Positions 62,629 through 64,000 of a stretch of DNA of 64,000 nt are shown here, piece by piece (the first letter of the stretch is position 1; every line of letters starts with the position of its first letter). The stretch is from the human T2T-CHM13v2.0 reference genome, Homo sapiens. The notes under the pieces were generated by a model that searched no databases, was not told the origin of the DNA, and saw nothing but the letters and a program-made list of their open reading frames with translations. The stretch lies in the NCBI RefSeq assembly GCF_009914755.1, contig NC_060933.1; one strand, written 5' to 3'. The position numbers were made by a program, and so were the translations under genes.

Positions 62629-64000
62629 TGAAAAGGGAACACATTTGATTCCTCAGAGCAGCCACAGGCCAGCTCTCTGAAGTAAAGTGCACGTGTGCAT
62701 GTGTGTGCACACTCACACACACGTACACACACATTCACAAATAGGACATCTCTTTTAAACAGAAATGGCCACCTGCATTTGAGAAAATAAAGTTTCATGC
62801 AGAAGAAAGTGACATGTTAAATTCAATCATCAAGATTTAGACTGGTGGGAATTCTGCACAACAAATGACTTGGTTTAATTAACATGGAAATTGCGAGGAA
62901 AAAAATGAAGTGGAACCTATGGATTTAAAAATTAGGAAATTTTAAGATTTCCATCGTAATTTTTTTAAAACAATATATTTTACTTCCAAAACCCTGCGTT
63001 TTCACATGGTAGCTATCTGCTGGAGCTGAGTAGCCGCTGCTCTCTTGAACAGCATCACCCAGATGGGAGAGCCCCCTTCCCCCCAACCCCCATACACTCC
63101 TATGTGTACAACTTCCTGAACCCTGTAAGCATTAGAGCTTGCAGCCTCTGCTTTTTCTGTTTCCTTCTTGATGGGAAGACTGGCAGCAGGATTTACTTGG
63201 TTGCTACATTTGTGAATTTGTAAAATAATTCATGCTCTGCTAGGTCTGTAACTTGGGAGGCTTGGTGTGCACGGGCATTTAGCAGCAACTCAGAGCGTAT
63301 GGAAGACTGTCACTGGCAAGAGCAAAGTCCCCCCAGGACAGAGCCAGTGACGACTAGCTGTGTATCCTCAGTCTGATGGCGGTGGAAGTGAGGCAGCACC
63401 AAGGAGCAGAAACAGGAAGTTTCCACTGATGACCACCCTGCCCCCAGCTAGGCTGAAAGGCCTCCCCAGAGCCCTTGCATCAGCCTGGCTTTGCACTGGT
63501 CTGGGGGATGTTGCTTGTTAGAGCCAGTGAAGAAGAACGGTAGTAAGTTACCTGATGGCCAAGGCTCTGTCTGACCCTGTCTGCTGTCGTGTTCCTGGCA
63601 CAGAATAGTCTTTGTTGAAGGAACGAATTAGTGCATCCTTCCAAGCCTTGGAGGACCTGTCTATAATAGGCCCACTCTATAGGGTCTTTGTGAGAATTAA
63701 ATTAAAACCCCTATGAGAAACCTAACTAGAGACAATTGGAAGTAACTTAAATATTTGTTCATTGGGAACAGCTACATAATTGTGGCTGTCATTCTGTACA
63801 ACACTCTGTGGCTGTTAAAGAGCTAGAGGTAGTTTTATGTGGATTGATGTGTTCAATGTGTTCAATGGAAAAGCAAGGGTAATATAATCCCATTTATACT
63901 ACAGAGAAAAATCGGGTCTGTAAATATGTTGAGAAAGGTCTGTCGATAGTGGTTATCTTTTGAGAGTGGAATGGATCGGGGTGGGTATGGCCTGGGGACG

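Overview
Human (or closely related ape) genomic DNA containing the 5' end of the ABL1 proto-oncogene on the + strand. It comprises about 7.4 kb of Alu-rich upstream sequence with a near-consensus CTCF site (2474-2492), a CpG-island promoter (~7430-8560), and alternative first exon 1b. The coding part of exon 1b (9276-9411) gives the myristoylated ABL1-1b N-terminus [45 protein letters not shown]. The remainder (9412-64000) is the first ~55 kb of the very long intron 1b, part of the Philadelphia-translocation breakpoint region. I saw no exon 1a, exon 2 or BCR sequence. The intron holds most of the ~85 Alu copies or fragments in the window (counted by eye, roughly a third of the bases), an RPL37 processed pseudogene, an HSMAR1 mariner fossil, a Charlie1a element fragmented by Alus, MER6, MLT1, L1, L2 and MIR relics, and a 40-bp minisatellite. 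Almost all ORFs in the track are Alu or CpG-island artefacts. I found no convincing new gene or system. The best leads are: the minisatellite (20/40/120-bp hierarchy with dense MYB/RFX-like palindromes), the uORF-packed exon-1b leader, a 145-bp inverted local copy of an L2/L2 junction inside a MIR, and a 64-bp identical tract shared by two inverted AluY copies flanking exon 1b. Repeat subfamily names and borders are by-eye estimates.
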